From contig JBHGNT010000011.1 of the NCBI GenBank assembly GCA_043228905.1, positions 10,912,001-10,976,000 of the forward strand: a stretch of DNA of 64,000 bases. The letters are read 5' to 3'. The notes under the pieces are model-generated. The model saw nothing but the letters and a program-made list of their open reading frames with translations, had not been told where the DNA came from and ran no database searches. Positions within the stretch are counted from its first letter, which is position 1; every line of letters begins with the position of its first letter. The DNA comes from Azolla caroliniana (Eukaryota; Plantae; Polypodiophyta). The translations under genes and the position numbers were made by a program. Shown piece after piece: positions 22,057-33,720 of the stretch.

Positions 22057-25000
22057 ATGAGCATCAAGTGCCCTTCCTCGTTTCGTCTTCCTGCTCTCGC
22101 GCATCACCTCTCCACCAAGTCTGTTCCCATCGCCTCCCCCAGCTTCAGAAAAATCGAAGGGAGTTTTAGAATCACGACAAGATATTGTAAAGATGATGAG
22201 GATTTTCAAGACAGTGGAATATTAATAGGACATGATGAACAGAAACAACTGAAGATCCAACTGAATTCCTTAGACACGAGGAGATCTTGTAAAGATGATG
22301 AGAATGCTGGAGAGAATAGAAGTATCTTCACAGGAAATGATCAACCCCGACGACGACAACAACAACAACAACAGATCGAATGGACCTCAAGAATCACGAG
22401 AATGTACTGTAAACAATTCATCTCTGATCTGAATGAAGAAATCTATAACCTTGGGAATGGAATCTCTGTAGGAAACTGTAAACAACTGATTGAATGGAGT
22501 CTCAGACCAACCACGAGAAGATATTGTAAAGATGAGAATGGAAGCATAACTGGAAATCATCTACAGATGAGTGAGAGAAATTCAAGAACCATGAGAAGAG
22601 GTAAAGATGATAATGTTGATAGAAAAAAACGATATTTTGGAATAAGAGCAAGGAATCTCCATTCTGTCTCTGAGCTAGAGGAAGAGATCTGTAAGCTAGA
22701 GTTCAATAGAAGCTTAACAGGAAATGATCGACAAATAGAAAGAAGTTTGAGAACGACAAGCAGTTGTACAGATGAAATCAGCAACTTAACAGGAAATTAT
22801 CAACAGATTGACAGGAGTTCAAGAACCATGGGAAGAAAAAACGCTGAGAATGGAAATTTTAAGAAAAATTATCAACAGATGGAGAGGAGTTCCATAGACA
22901 TGAGAAGATGTAGTGAAGATGATCAGAATGTTGATGGAAGTAAGCAATATCATGGATTAAGGACAACAAGATACACCACCAGTATATACATTGATACACA
23001 CAAATCTAAGAAGAAACAGAAGCATCCATGGAAGGAGTGGAATGATTTCTTTACAATGCTTCAACAGAAGGATTACTTGAAAGAGTTCCATCCACATCTA
23101 GCACCATCAAACAATGGAGACTACCTTCAATTTCTGTCTTCATCACAGGTGAAGCGAGCTCTATTGCTGTTTAGCCAAATGGAAGACGATATTATCAGGT
23201 GACTTAAGGTTCGCTCGTAATGAATCTTACTTGGCTTTCTTGTATTGGATCTTATTTGGTTTTGACATGCTGAATCTTGCTGGGCTTTGATGTAATGAAC
23301 CTTATTTGCTTTTGATATAGTATATCTTACTTGGTATACAAAACCTTGTTTTCTGAAGATCTGAAAACATCATATTTTTTCTTTCTTTTGTTCCTCCCTT
23401 ATGCGACATTGTACAAATCTGATAACTTAGCTCAACATCTCTATTACAATTTTCCGATGTTTATCTTTGATGAATGACATTGCATTCTTAAACTTGGCTT
23501 GTTTGGGGTACAGAAATATGTTATTCAAGGAAGTTACAATGCTGCCTTCCACATATGTTATTTCGATTGTGTGTGACCTTGTACTGATCTCACACATCTG
23601 GCTCTTAGATTCTGGCATAATGAGTCTCATCTGGTTTTGTCTATTGAAACCTTGCTTAGTTTTGTCATAATGAATCTTAACTGGTTTTGCCATAGTGAAC
23701 ATTACGTGGTTTTGCCATAATGAATCTTATTTGGTATGAAAAACCTTGCTTTTCAAGTAATGAGCAACGCCATCTTTTTCTCTATTTTGTTCATTGTCTG
23801 ACATTTTACTGATTTGATTCCTTTCACTCAACTTCTTTGCTACGGTCGTGAGTGATTTCTCTTTGAGGTACAACATTGCATTCTTTTGCACAACTAGCAC
23901 TGGAGATAGAGGCCGAACCAGTAGATATGGAATCATGGAAGTTGTTTGTATTTGAGACTTCCATGATTCCATATCTACTGGTTCGGCCTCTTATCTCCAG
24001 TGCTAGTTGTGCCACTATCTCCAGTGCTAGCTTGGAGGGAATTAACAATGTTATCTTTTGCTTTGTTGCTTCAAATGTATGTTTTGCACTAATCTGCTGG
24101 CTTTTGCTCAACCTCCTTACCACAAATTTCAGACATATTTTGAGTGTAGTATCAGAATATCTGATTATGTTGATAAGAAGCCATGAGATGGTCCCATCCT
24201 TGGCAACTGTGTTCAATATCCCTTATTTTGTTTTGCAATAATCTCCACCTCTTTATGGTTGTTTTTGCTGTCCTATTGAATTTCTTTAAAAACTTTGCAT
24301 TGCATATATTCAGTTTTTTGTAAATCAATAATGAGAGAAATTTGTTTGCAGATATTTGACACGAGACCATATTAAGGTCTTTGTGAGTTCCAGTTGCCCC
24401 AATACAGATAAGAAGATTGTCAATGCTTGTAAACGTCTGCGTTTTCTTTGTGATATCGAAGAAGAAGAGGTATGCATATAGTTCATAATTGATGTGCTTA
24501 ATGAGCTCCTTTATTTGAAAGGAGAATATATCTCTATGCCTGTGAATTATGATACTTTAGTTCATAATATATCTACGTTTTTTCCTTGTAGGCTTGTCAG
24601 AAATGTAGTTTAAAGGGATCATGCTTAAGAGCATTTGCCAAATTGCCAGATTCAGAAGTTCAAACAATAGATTTGGTTCGAGTCTTATATACATTTGCAC
24701 TGAAGGCCACACAGATGACGGAACTTCTGAATGATGCAACATCAGTGTGCAAAGTCTTGGATGAAATTGTTCATCTCTGCAATGGTGAGAAGTATAACCA
24801 AGCTGGAATGACGAACTCAGTCCTTCCAGCAAAACATCATATTTCTTGTGGAGACAATCAACCTTGCAAGAAAACTTTTATTCAGAGACCTAGTGACTGG
24901 ACTTGTCCAGAGTATGTATATCGTATTGAGTTTCTGGATTTTTTAATGAAGAGAGTAGTTTTGGGAAAAACTGCAAAATACCCAAGTTTTTATTTATTTT

Positions 25001-26464
25001 GCTAAGTGCCTTTGTTCAATCCCCTCTCGAGCAGTGATATACAGTATTTGAACAATTTACATGGTCAATTCACACTTTTATCCTCAACTTTGTGAGTTTG
25101 TTTTTTATTCCTCGAAATACCCCGACTTCTTATTATCTTCCCAATCACCTTTGATTACCCCCTCTCAAGAAACTATATGTGCTTTTTGAACCATTATATG
25201 GTCAAATCATCTGTTTTTTCTCTCTTTTGAGGGTTGACTAGGAGCATTTGGAGAAATAGTGAAAATTAGGGGCAATTTTGGAAATAAATAAAAACTCAGT
25301 ATTTTAGAGGTTTTCACTAGGTTATTTTCTGTGATCCAATCTCACATTATGGATATATTATATGTTGAACAATCTACAGTTGCAAGTTTTTGAATTTCGA
25401 CAAAACAAGAGAGTGTCGACAATGTGGTACAATGAAGGACTCCAGAAAGCAACATGAGCCTGAAGATTGGGAGTGCCCAAAGTATGTATGATTTATTTGA
25501 TTTGTTCTGTAAGTGTAAAACTTAGATCCCCAGTTTCGTATGTTTTGTATTCTACCATCCAAGCACAATTCAGTAAGTCTCAAGAAAGAGAAAACAAAAG
25601 ATTAGTTGAAACCTTTGGTAACATCTAGGAAGAAAAAGAAAGAATCTCCTTGTTTCATGATTCAGGTGCACATTTGTAAATTTTAGAAAAAATAAAAAAT
25701 GTCTTGAATGCTCGACCCCCCGACCTCACAGAAGTGATGTAGCTGATATGGAGAACATGATGCCAGGAGATTGGAGATGCCCAGAGTACGTCTTGCCTTG
25801 TACCTTCACGTGTGCTTTGTGTAGTTATTGAATTGCTTTTTGATGATTTTTCTGCATATGTTACAGATGCAATTTTGTGAACTTTCAGAGGAATGAGGAA
25901 TGTTATAGATGCTCTATTAGAAAACCATTGGACCTTGAAAGTCATGGTGTAGAAGAGCTCGAACCTGGGCATTGGAAATGTGTAGAGTATATTCACTGAC
26001 CACCATGTCTGCATGAATATTTATTATGAAAAAACTTAAAATACCCCCGAATCTTCTATTACTTCCCCAAATGTCCCTAAGTTTTTATTTGTGTCTCAAA
26101 TGCCATTGGACAACCCAGGGCAATTATAATGTTGAGCAGGAGGGACTTTTGGGATATAAATGAGAACTCAGGGCTACTGTTGATTTCTTTTCTATTTATT
26201 ATTAAAAAATCGCACTGAATTTAGAGGTGACATTTGTTTTATCTGGAATCATACAGGTGCAATTTCAGGAATTTCAGAAGAAACAAGAACTGCTTTAAGT
26301 GTGGTGCAGTGTGCTCAGTCTGTCTTTGGAAAGCTGATGCAAAAACTATGTCAACAGGATCAGATGGTTGGGGTACAGGAAGAAGCAAGTCATGCTATGA
26401 GGGTAAAAACATGGGTGAAGATGATGATGAACTGGAGCTAGATGCTGATATGGTTTTTGACTGA
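22057..26464 (+). CDS. OZ/VAR3-family organellar RanBP2-type zinc-finger protein (7 coding exons)
   Basis: Exons 22057-23198, 24352-24469, 24592-24911, 25380-25481, 25666-25785, 25867-25986, 26257-26464, all GT-AG and in frame. OZ-domain motifs HPWKEW, CPNTDKKIVNACKRLR, ACQKCSLKGSC, TIDLVRVL; four W-x-C-x2-C-x3-N-x6-C-x2-C fingers. Confidence 0.9.
23888..24012. repeat. Near-perfect inverted repeat (hairpin) in intron 1
   Basis: About 55-bp arms GCACAACTAGCACTGGAGATAGAGGCCGAACCAGTAGATATGGAATCATGGAAGT and its complement with one bulge; about 14-nt loop. Confidence 0.92.
24963..25318. mobile_element. Putative MITE in intron 3
   Basis: Imperfect TIRs GGGAAAAACTGCAAAATACCCAAGTTTTTATTTATTT / AAATAAATAAAAACTCAGTATTTTAGAGGTTTTCAC; related sequence at about 52530-52740. 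No clear TSD. Confidence 0.6.
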
Positions 26465-29226
26465 AAGGGCAACTATGATCATCAAAGACAATTAGTTTCC
26501 CAAAGGGGCACAGTAACTGGATCTGATTGTAAATAAGGAAAAACTTTGATACCATTTTCCTGATTGGCCTTTGTGAACCTGTGTAGAGCAACTATATGAT
26601 TGTCGAGTCATCCCACCTAGGAGGGTTGATGAGGAGCAATACAAGGAGAACTTAACGGTATTTGTGGAAATAAAAGGAAGATTCAGGAGTACTTTGATGT
26701 TGTTCCCTTCTGATCATGATTAAGATAATGCCAAGTTTCCCATGGTAGATTGAAACCTCTCCTGAACCAAAAGAAACAACAATGATGATGATATGAGGGC
26801 AATGTGAAATGGATTCGATAGACAAATATGAGGTGAATAATAATCGATTTAGAAGCGAAGACTCAATCAATCAGAATGGCTTTATGAAGTGAAACCTCAC
26901 TGGTAATAATGCAAATTTTAGCTCTAGAAAAGGTAAACTCAGGCTTTGTATCCATCAAAGGCATAGATTAATTCGCGTTGGCACAGGAGTAGGAAATCAA
27001 TGGAGTGAAGAGGTTGGATAACTTACGGAATGATCAACATATTTCTTGTTTTGAATTAAGCTAGAGAGGAATGCAATTTATTGTGCGTATTTCTGATGAT
27101 TTTGGTTATAGTAGATGCTATTAAAGAATAGGGAAAGTGATTTGGAAAGCATGCACACGTAGGTGAAAAAAAAATCAATTCAGATTGAGGTTGGATCCGA
27201 TGTGAACATCTATGTGCTTTTATTCTGAGAAACATCTTAGCTTGGTTTATGCATTTACTTGCAAAACTCCTAGGCTATTCCATTCATGAAATGTTGCCCC
27301 CATTATCCTATCAAATTATGAAGTGTGTTATCAAGCAAGAAACAGCCTCGAAAGGATCTGTATATAAAGGATTGGTTTTAAAAGCTTGCAGGTAGGTAAC
27401 ACCCTAATTTCAAAGCCTCTGTACTTGTTGGGCATCTGCCAAAAGCTGAAAGATTTGTAGGTTTGTGATTGCGTCTTGTGATTGGCTGATGTCTAAGAGC
27501 TTATGCTTAAAAAGTTTAGTTTGCTCCAGCACGTTTTTTCTGGATTTATACTAGAGGACTTATAGTTCTTTTGGTGTAGGTATTTTAATTCTATAGGAGT
27601 GTTTGCGCATCTATGTAGTGTTAGTCATGTTTGCCTACTGTCCTGATGATGTTGATTATGAAAATGTCTACAGCATGTACAATACCTGATATATAAGAGA
27701 GTGGTTGAGAGGAACAGATAGCCCAATGCAGCCTTATGTTGTAGCTTAGCTGCAAAAACTTGCTGTCCTAATCTACCATGCCAAACATTTCTATTGGCAT
27801 ATTCATGAAGGTTTCCAAAGCGGGATTGTCAAGTTTATATTCAGATTAGCGAGGAGGGCAACATTTTGTCATACATGCACATTGACAAGTTTATAGGTAT
27901 AAAACAGCTGACATGGAGTAGGCACAAATGGTATTTATTAATATCACCTTCACAAATGTAATGAAGGTTATACATGTATTATCCGATGTATCATAACAAT
28001 CATTAGAGGAATAGAGACTTGTGTATTGTACTGTTGATATTGAAATTGTCATGCATTACATTACAGAATCCATCAGTACATTCAAAATGCTAGTAAGAGC
28101 TTTTTGTAATGCCCAAGGTGAAAACAATAGTAGGTTGTTGAATGGCGAGCACAAAGGAGTGATGGATTTAGAATAGTGAGATGTTTGCATGTACGTGCTT
28201 AAAATTCAACAATCCCATAAGAAAACATCTTCCATTTGTCATGTACATGTTGAGGGAATGTTCCCGGAAACTATGCAATGGGACAAGTTACGAAACATCT
28301 TGAAGGACTTGTGTGCCATGCCAATTCATTTTACTTTTCATGCATGGATTAGTCAGTTGAATGTTTAGGTGATGCCATGCCCCCTCCTTGCCGTAGGATG
28401 TCAAGATATGCTTGTTTGATAACAATTATATAGGAAATAACATTGGAATGATTGTTTGACGACAATCAAATATCATGAACATGTGACATCGAATGATATT
28501 TCCGAAGGACATGCCAATGTAGATTGCATACTAAATCCAACAATGGCATTGAGGTTGATAGAAAGCTCTCTACATTGCATGAGTATTTTGAAATGCTCAC
28601 ATCAATAAAAATACCTTAGTTTTATTAATGGATGTTAGGGTTAAGTTTCATTAACTTGTTCTAGGGAAGTTTAGGGCGTGCAACATGTATTGCTCTAGAA
28701 CCAAGATCTACAAGACCAAGACAATGCCTACAAGACTTACAAGACCAAGTTTATTATGCCAATCCACTCAACCTAGCAATGAGTATTGATGAATGAGCAA
28801 ACAAACTTTAAACTCAATGCCTAAGCATGTACTCAAGAGATCAAAACTTAACAAAACATGCTCAATCATTGAAATATAGGTGTTAAATCTATTCAACACA
28901 ATAAATACGGAAATTGAATAAAAGGAAAAGATAGTATATTTGATTGAGAGACAAATGTATGCTCCATAAGAGTGACAATCACTAACCCAAACGCTTAAGG
29001 TTAAAACTTAAAGTTTGGGTTTTACGGTAAGATTAATTTAACTAAATAGTTAGGATTCTAACTAGTGCATTTTCTAGTAATGCATGCTTTTCTAATCATC
29101 CTTTTCTTACAATCATTTTGTGTATTTCTTTCTTAAGCTAGAGGTCAAGCTTCAAATTGGTTATAATCATTATTATTTAGTTAATGTACTTGATCTTTTG
29201 TTTTCAATGTTCAAACCCAAAGTTTT

Positions 29227-30496
29227 TTTTTTTTCCAAAAATATTTCCTTCATTAGTATTAAGAAAAACGCCATAAGGCTACAAACTGTACAATTTAGAG
29301 AGTATTATATACAAAAAGGATAATCAGGGGAAGGGCCAGGGATGATGATATTTCCAGATTGGTCCTTGAGAGGAGATCGTGAATAGAGGCAACTTCCTCC
29401 ATAATTGCAGTAATTTTTTCCTTTTCTTAAGAACAACCTCCGAAGAGCCCGACATATTGTCATACTGCCCACGCACTACCACCAGTAAGTTGTCCCATAA
29501 TTCTAGCAATATATCTGAGAGAAGGGGTACTATGGAATCATATCGTCTTTTACATCGATACTTCCATAAGGTCCATAATGTAACCGTGGATACTGTTTTC
29601 CATACTTGGGCTGCACGCATTTGCTTTCGAGGCTGTTGAAAAGGCGAGACAGATATTAGATGCTTGTTGATGACAATCTTAGCCTCTAGAGCATCATCTG
29701 CCTCATACAATAATAGACTGGAATGGAGAACCCCCCATACCGCTGATCCCTAGGAGAATAGGCAACCTACATTAATTGTCAGGAATAAAGAAAGAACTTT
29801 ATTCCATACCTGTTGAGCTAGTGAACAGGACCAGAGAGCATGCTTGGTAGTTTCCCCTACAAGTCACCACAATAATTACACTGTCTAAGAACGGGTGCCA
29901 CGTTTCCTTTCAAAGATTGACCTACCGGTAGTGCTGCATGTAGCAAAAGCCATCTGAAGAGAGTGTATTTTGTTGGTCCCCTAAAAGACCAAATCCATTT
30001 CCAATAAGCCTTCAAATGACTGCTTGATACACCCCACTTATTCCAGTGCTTTTGAGCCGCAGGAGTTGGAATATTCTTAGACATGAGTAAGGTTCTACCA
30101 AATTTCACAGTATAAAGAACGGAACTTTTTGCATTGGATCCATGATGGGACTAGTCCAAGACCATCCCCCTGGGTCCCACATTAACCTATTAATTGGCTG
30201 GCGTGCATATAGCCAAAGCATATCCAACAAATGGGCTATTGACGGTTGTGGATCCAAGAGCCATTTCTTACCAGTTTTGGCAATCACCCTAATTGGAACA
30301 GCAAGTAGGTTTTGTAGCAAATTATCAAAGGGTGTATAAGGCTGCAATTTATTATCCTGTTGAATATGGAAATAAAAAATACACCCATCTGTAGAAATTC
30401 CCTTAACAAAGAGCATTATGCCATTCATTAGGCAACCAAACCACATATGCTCCTGCATTAGCTGAAGTCGCGATGAGGCCTGAGAGAAGGCTGCTG
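29227..30496 (-). mobile_element. 5'-truncated L1-type LINE (ORF2 C-terminus)
   Basis: Poly(A) end (T-run at 29223-29234); 14-bp TSD AAACCCAAAGTTTT at 29213-29226 and 30497-30510; zf-RVT-like FRWLLLHAALP...CNYC...ETTKHALWSC and TLWTLWKYRC. Confidence 0.88.
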
Positions 30497-30510
30497 AAAC
30501 CCAAAGTTTT

Positions 30511-32800
30511 ATAGAATGATCATCAATAAAAGTAACAAAATAGAGTGCACCACCTATTTAGTTAATGTACTTGATCTTTTGTTTTCAATGTTCAAACCCA
30601 AAGTTTTATAGAATGATCATCAATAAAAGTAACAAAATAGAGTGCACCACCTATTGACAAAATAGAGTACACCAACTCAAGTACCTCTTCCATTCTCAAA
30701 GAGGAATGACGTTAGAAGGAGACCCTTCTTTGTTTTCCAACCACACAATGATCACACATGTGTAACTTTGCATGTTTCAGACCTGGACGCAAGTTCTTCT
30801 TGGTTAGACATTGAAGAACCTTCTCATGTTTATGAGAACCTTTTATGCCATAACTCTGACAAGTTGTTGCTTTCAATTGCATTGCCAAGTTTAGTAGAAA
30901 TAGAAGCTTGTGATAAATATGTTAAATAACTATCATCCAAGACACAACCCATGAAGACATGGACACTAAAATACACATAAAGCCCAAAGGAATGCTAGAG
31001 AAAGGGGGATAGAACAAAATCTCATCCAAATCTAGATGCAAAATGGTCACTCTAATGTGAAAGAGATCCAACCTCATTGTAAAAAGCAATAAAAGTCACC
31101 CAGATAGCTCTTCTTCCTTCTTGATTTTTTGGTTTTTTATATAATCTTAACTAGAGCTCTAACCCCATTTTCTTAATCTTTCACTTGACCTAGAGAGTGA
31201 TTAAGGTTAAATGTTAGTTAACCAAACCTTAATCACTCTACCTCACGTATGTGTGTCGAATACTTTCATAATAATATAGAAGCAATGGTCGTCTTTATAT
31301 GTGTACTTACCTTATGTGTATGTATACTTAATTGTGAAGTCTCATTAAGACCTATTTAATCTATTGAGTCTGAGTTAACATGAGAGAGTGTGAGAGTAAG
31401 AGCTAGTAAGGTTTGGGTTGCGAGACTAGAGGCTCAAGAGTGATTGACAACCATGCTAACCCAATTCACTACTAAAAAGAACCCAATTAGTTTCATGGTG
31501 AGAAAGGTTAATTAGGTTTTCATCTTAAAAAAGAACCAAATCATCTAAGGAAGTTACATTAACAATGTTAGATTTATCATCGTTACCTTTTTTTCAATGC
31601 ATGGTTCTCCTTTTTCCACTCGAAAACATAAGTTCTTCATAAGTCTTGTTTTCCCACAGAAATGGCATTGTAACTCTTTACACGAGGGCTTTGATTTACG
31701 TCAACTCTTTCCTTGAATGTTCTGACCATAAGTTATATGCTTACTCCTCCCTCTATTTGCAATGAGGATGTCCCTTATGTCCTTTGTCACATCTCTTCAT
31801 TTGGAACACCACTCTTCACATATTTTGTGGTCATAATTCAGTTTTGGGTTTGCATTAGTTAAAGACACTCTAAACATTTCCCATAAGTCAAGAAGGGTCT
31901 AAGCAACCATATAGCAAGTATTTCATCATCCAAATTTACTCCCATGCCAAACATTGATCAAAACATCCTGAAAAGCATTTAAATAAATAGAAATAGAATT
32001 ACATTCTTTATAAGTTAAATGCATGGAAGTTTGTTCCATAAAGCTTTGGCATCAGCTTCAATCACAATATGGTTTAAAACATTATCTCCTAACATCGTTG
32101 TTGGATAAAACCATATATTTGTTGGTTCTTGAAAATTTACTTTGTAGTTATATTAATTTGGTTTCTTCATTGTGAAAACGTATAGATTTTTAACAAAAAG
32201 TAAATCTCTCATTTACCTCTCCATGTGTTGTAGTTTTTGTTGTTCAAGCAAACCATCTAGAGAAATTTGCCTCCATATGGAAGTCCAAGAATCTTGATCC
32301 GATACCACTTGTTAGAATTTACAATACAACTTTCAACTTACTTGGATAATCTTGTCTAAGTTATTCAGCACAATACACCACCAAGTTTTTAACGTCGAAA
32401 GGATGAGAGCAAGTGCAAAAACAATTCATTATCAAAGGGTAAAAATTCGTCCACCCAAGTACTACTCTAAATAATATATTAGAGTACTATGCAAAGAGGA
32501 AGGTACAATTATCTCCCAAAACTTGTGCAACCAACAAGACAAAAAAGACCACCAAAAACTCACAAAAAGTGACTAGAGAGGAGGTGATGTCCAAGATGTC
32601 AACATTTAACTCATTTACTTAAGAGGCATTGATGGAGAAGGCAAAGAAGCTGATATAGGCTCTTGAAAAAATCCTGTTCTGCACTCTAATAGGAATCTGC
32701 CCGTTTTCCTTTTTTGGCTCATTTTTGAAAAGTGAATAGGCATATGTAAATGCATGTAAGTGTACATTTCAAATGTGTAACCGATTAGGTAATCGTTGAG
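30511..32800 (-). mobile_element. Degenerate Ty1/copia (gag to integrase start, PBS, 5' LTR)
   Basis: GGALYFVTFIDDHS integrase motif (duplicated), LWHKR, PBS TGGTATCGGATC near 32296-32307 next to an LTR end. Right boundary approximate. Confidence 0.7.
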
Positions 32801-33281
32801 TTGTAAAGGTTAGATCACATGTTGATCCTCCATATGGACCCAAAATGGGGATGATTCCAAATGCACAAGTCTGGATTTGATACACATTTGTTTGCTAATG
32901 ATAATCACTGCCCTCCATAATTTATAATTTTGCAAATGTACTAGCACCACTGCTCAATGACTAGTGCCGTGTTTGGGAATATCACGAGGTTGATAAGTGG
33001 GTTGTGATTGCTTTCAGCTTTTCACGTTATCCAGATAGGTTAAACTTCTAAGATGCTCTTCGAGAATTGCTCATTGAAGCCAGGTATAAATGTCAGGACA
33101 TCTCAGATCAAGATTGATAGTTGATATTCTTGTGATGTATCCGAAACTGCACAATCTTGCATGCATTCCAAGGTATCCACTGTGTCACATCTAGTTGTTT
33201 TTCACTTTCCATCTGGCCCATGGATTTTGGATTATGATGTACTGAGTTACTGAATTTCAAAAGCTCAGTTTATGTTTCTAA

Positions 33282-33361
33282 GATAAGATGGCCAAGTTGG
33301 TCTAAGATGTCATATTCAAGTTGTGGTCTAAAAGTGAGTAGGTTCAAATCCCACACTCATA
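33282..33361 (+). pseudogene. tRNA-Leu-derived pseudogene (anticodon position reads CAA)
   Basis: GATGGCCAAGTTGGTCTAAG (A box), TTCAAGTT loop, variable arm, GGTTCAAATCCCAC (B box), then TTTT. Collinear with plant cytosolic tRNA-Leu but stems are broken. Confidence 0.7.
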
Positions 33362-33720
33362 GTTTTGTGTTCAGACTCTGTTTCATCAATGCATAAATAT
33401 ATTCATTAGTGTATTAGCTGCTTGGTAGGAAAAAAAATTAGTCAATGAATTAACCTTTGACAGAATTTGAGTTTCACTTGAAACCAAAAATGGGTAACAA
33501 ATATACGCATTGTGTGGATTCAATGTTTTAATAGTATAAAGATATATAAATCGATGATTCTCATCGATTATATTTCAAGCATCGTATGTTGCAACATAAT
33601 GATGAACGATAACAATGGATGCCCTAAAAGAAACAATTCATTCTACCAATGTGTGAAATCATAAGAAAGTCAGGTAACTTCTGAAAGAAAAGAAATCTCA
33701 CTACCACCAAAATTGCCGAG

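Noticed and set aside
27200-28600. Possible extra exons or PPR-DYW remnant
   Set aside because: Splice-like sites exist but I could not assemble a coherent frame or convincing motif.
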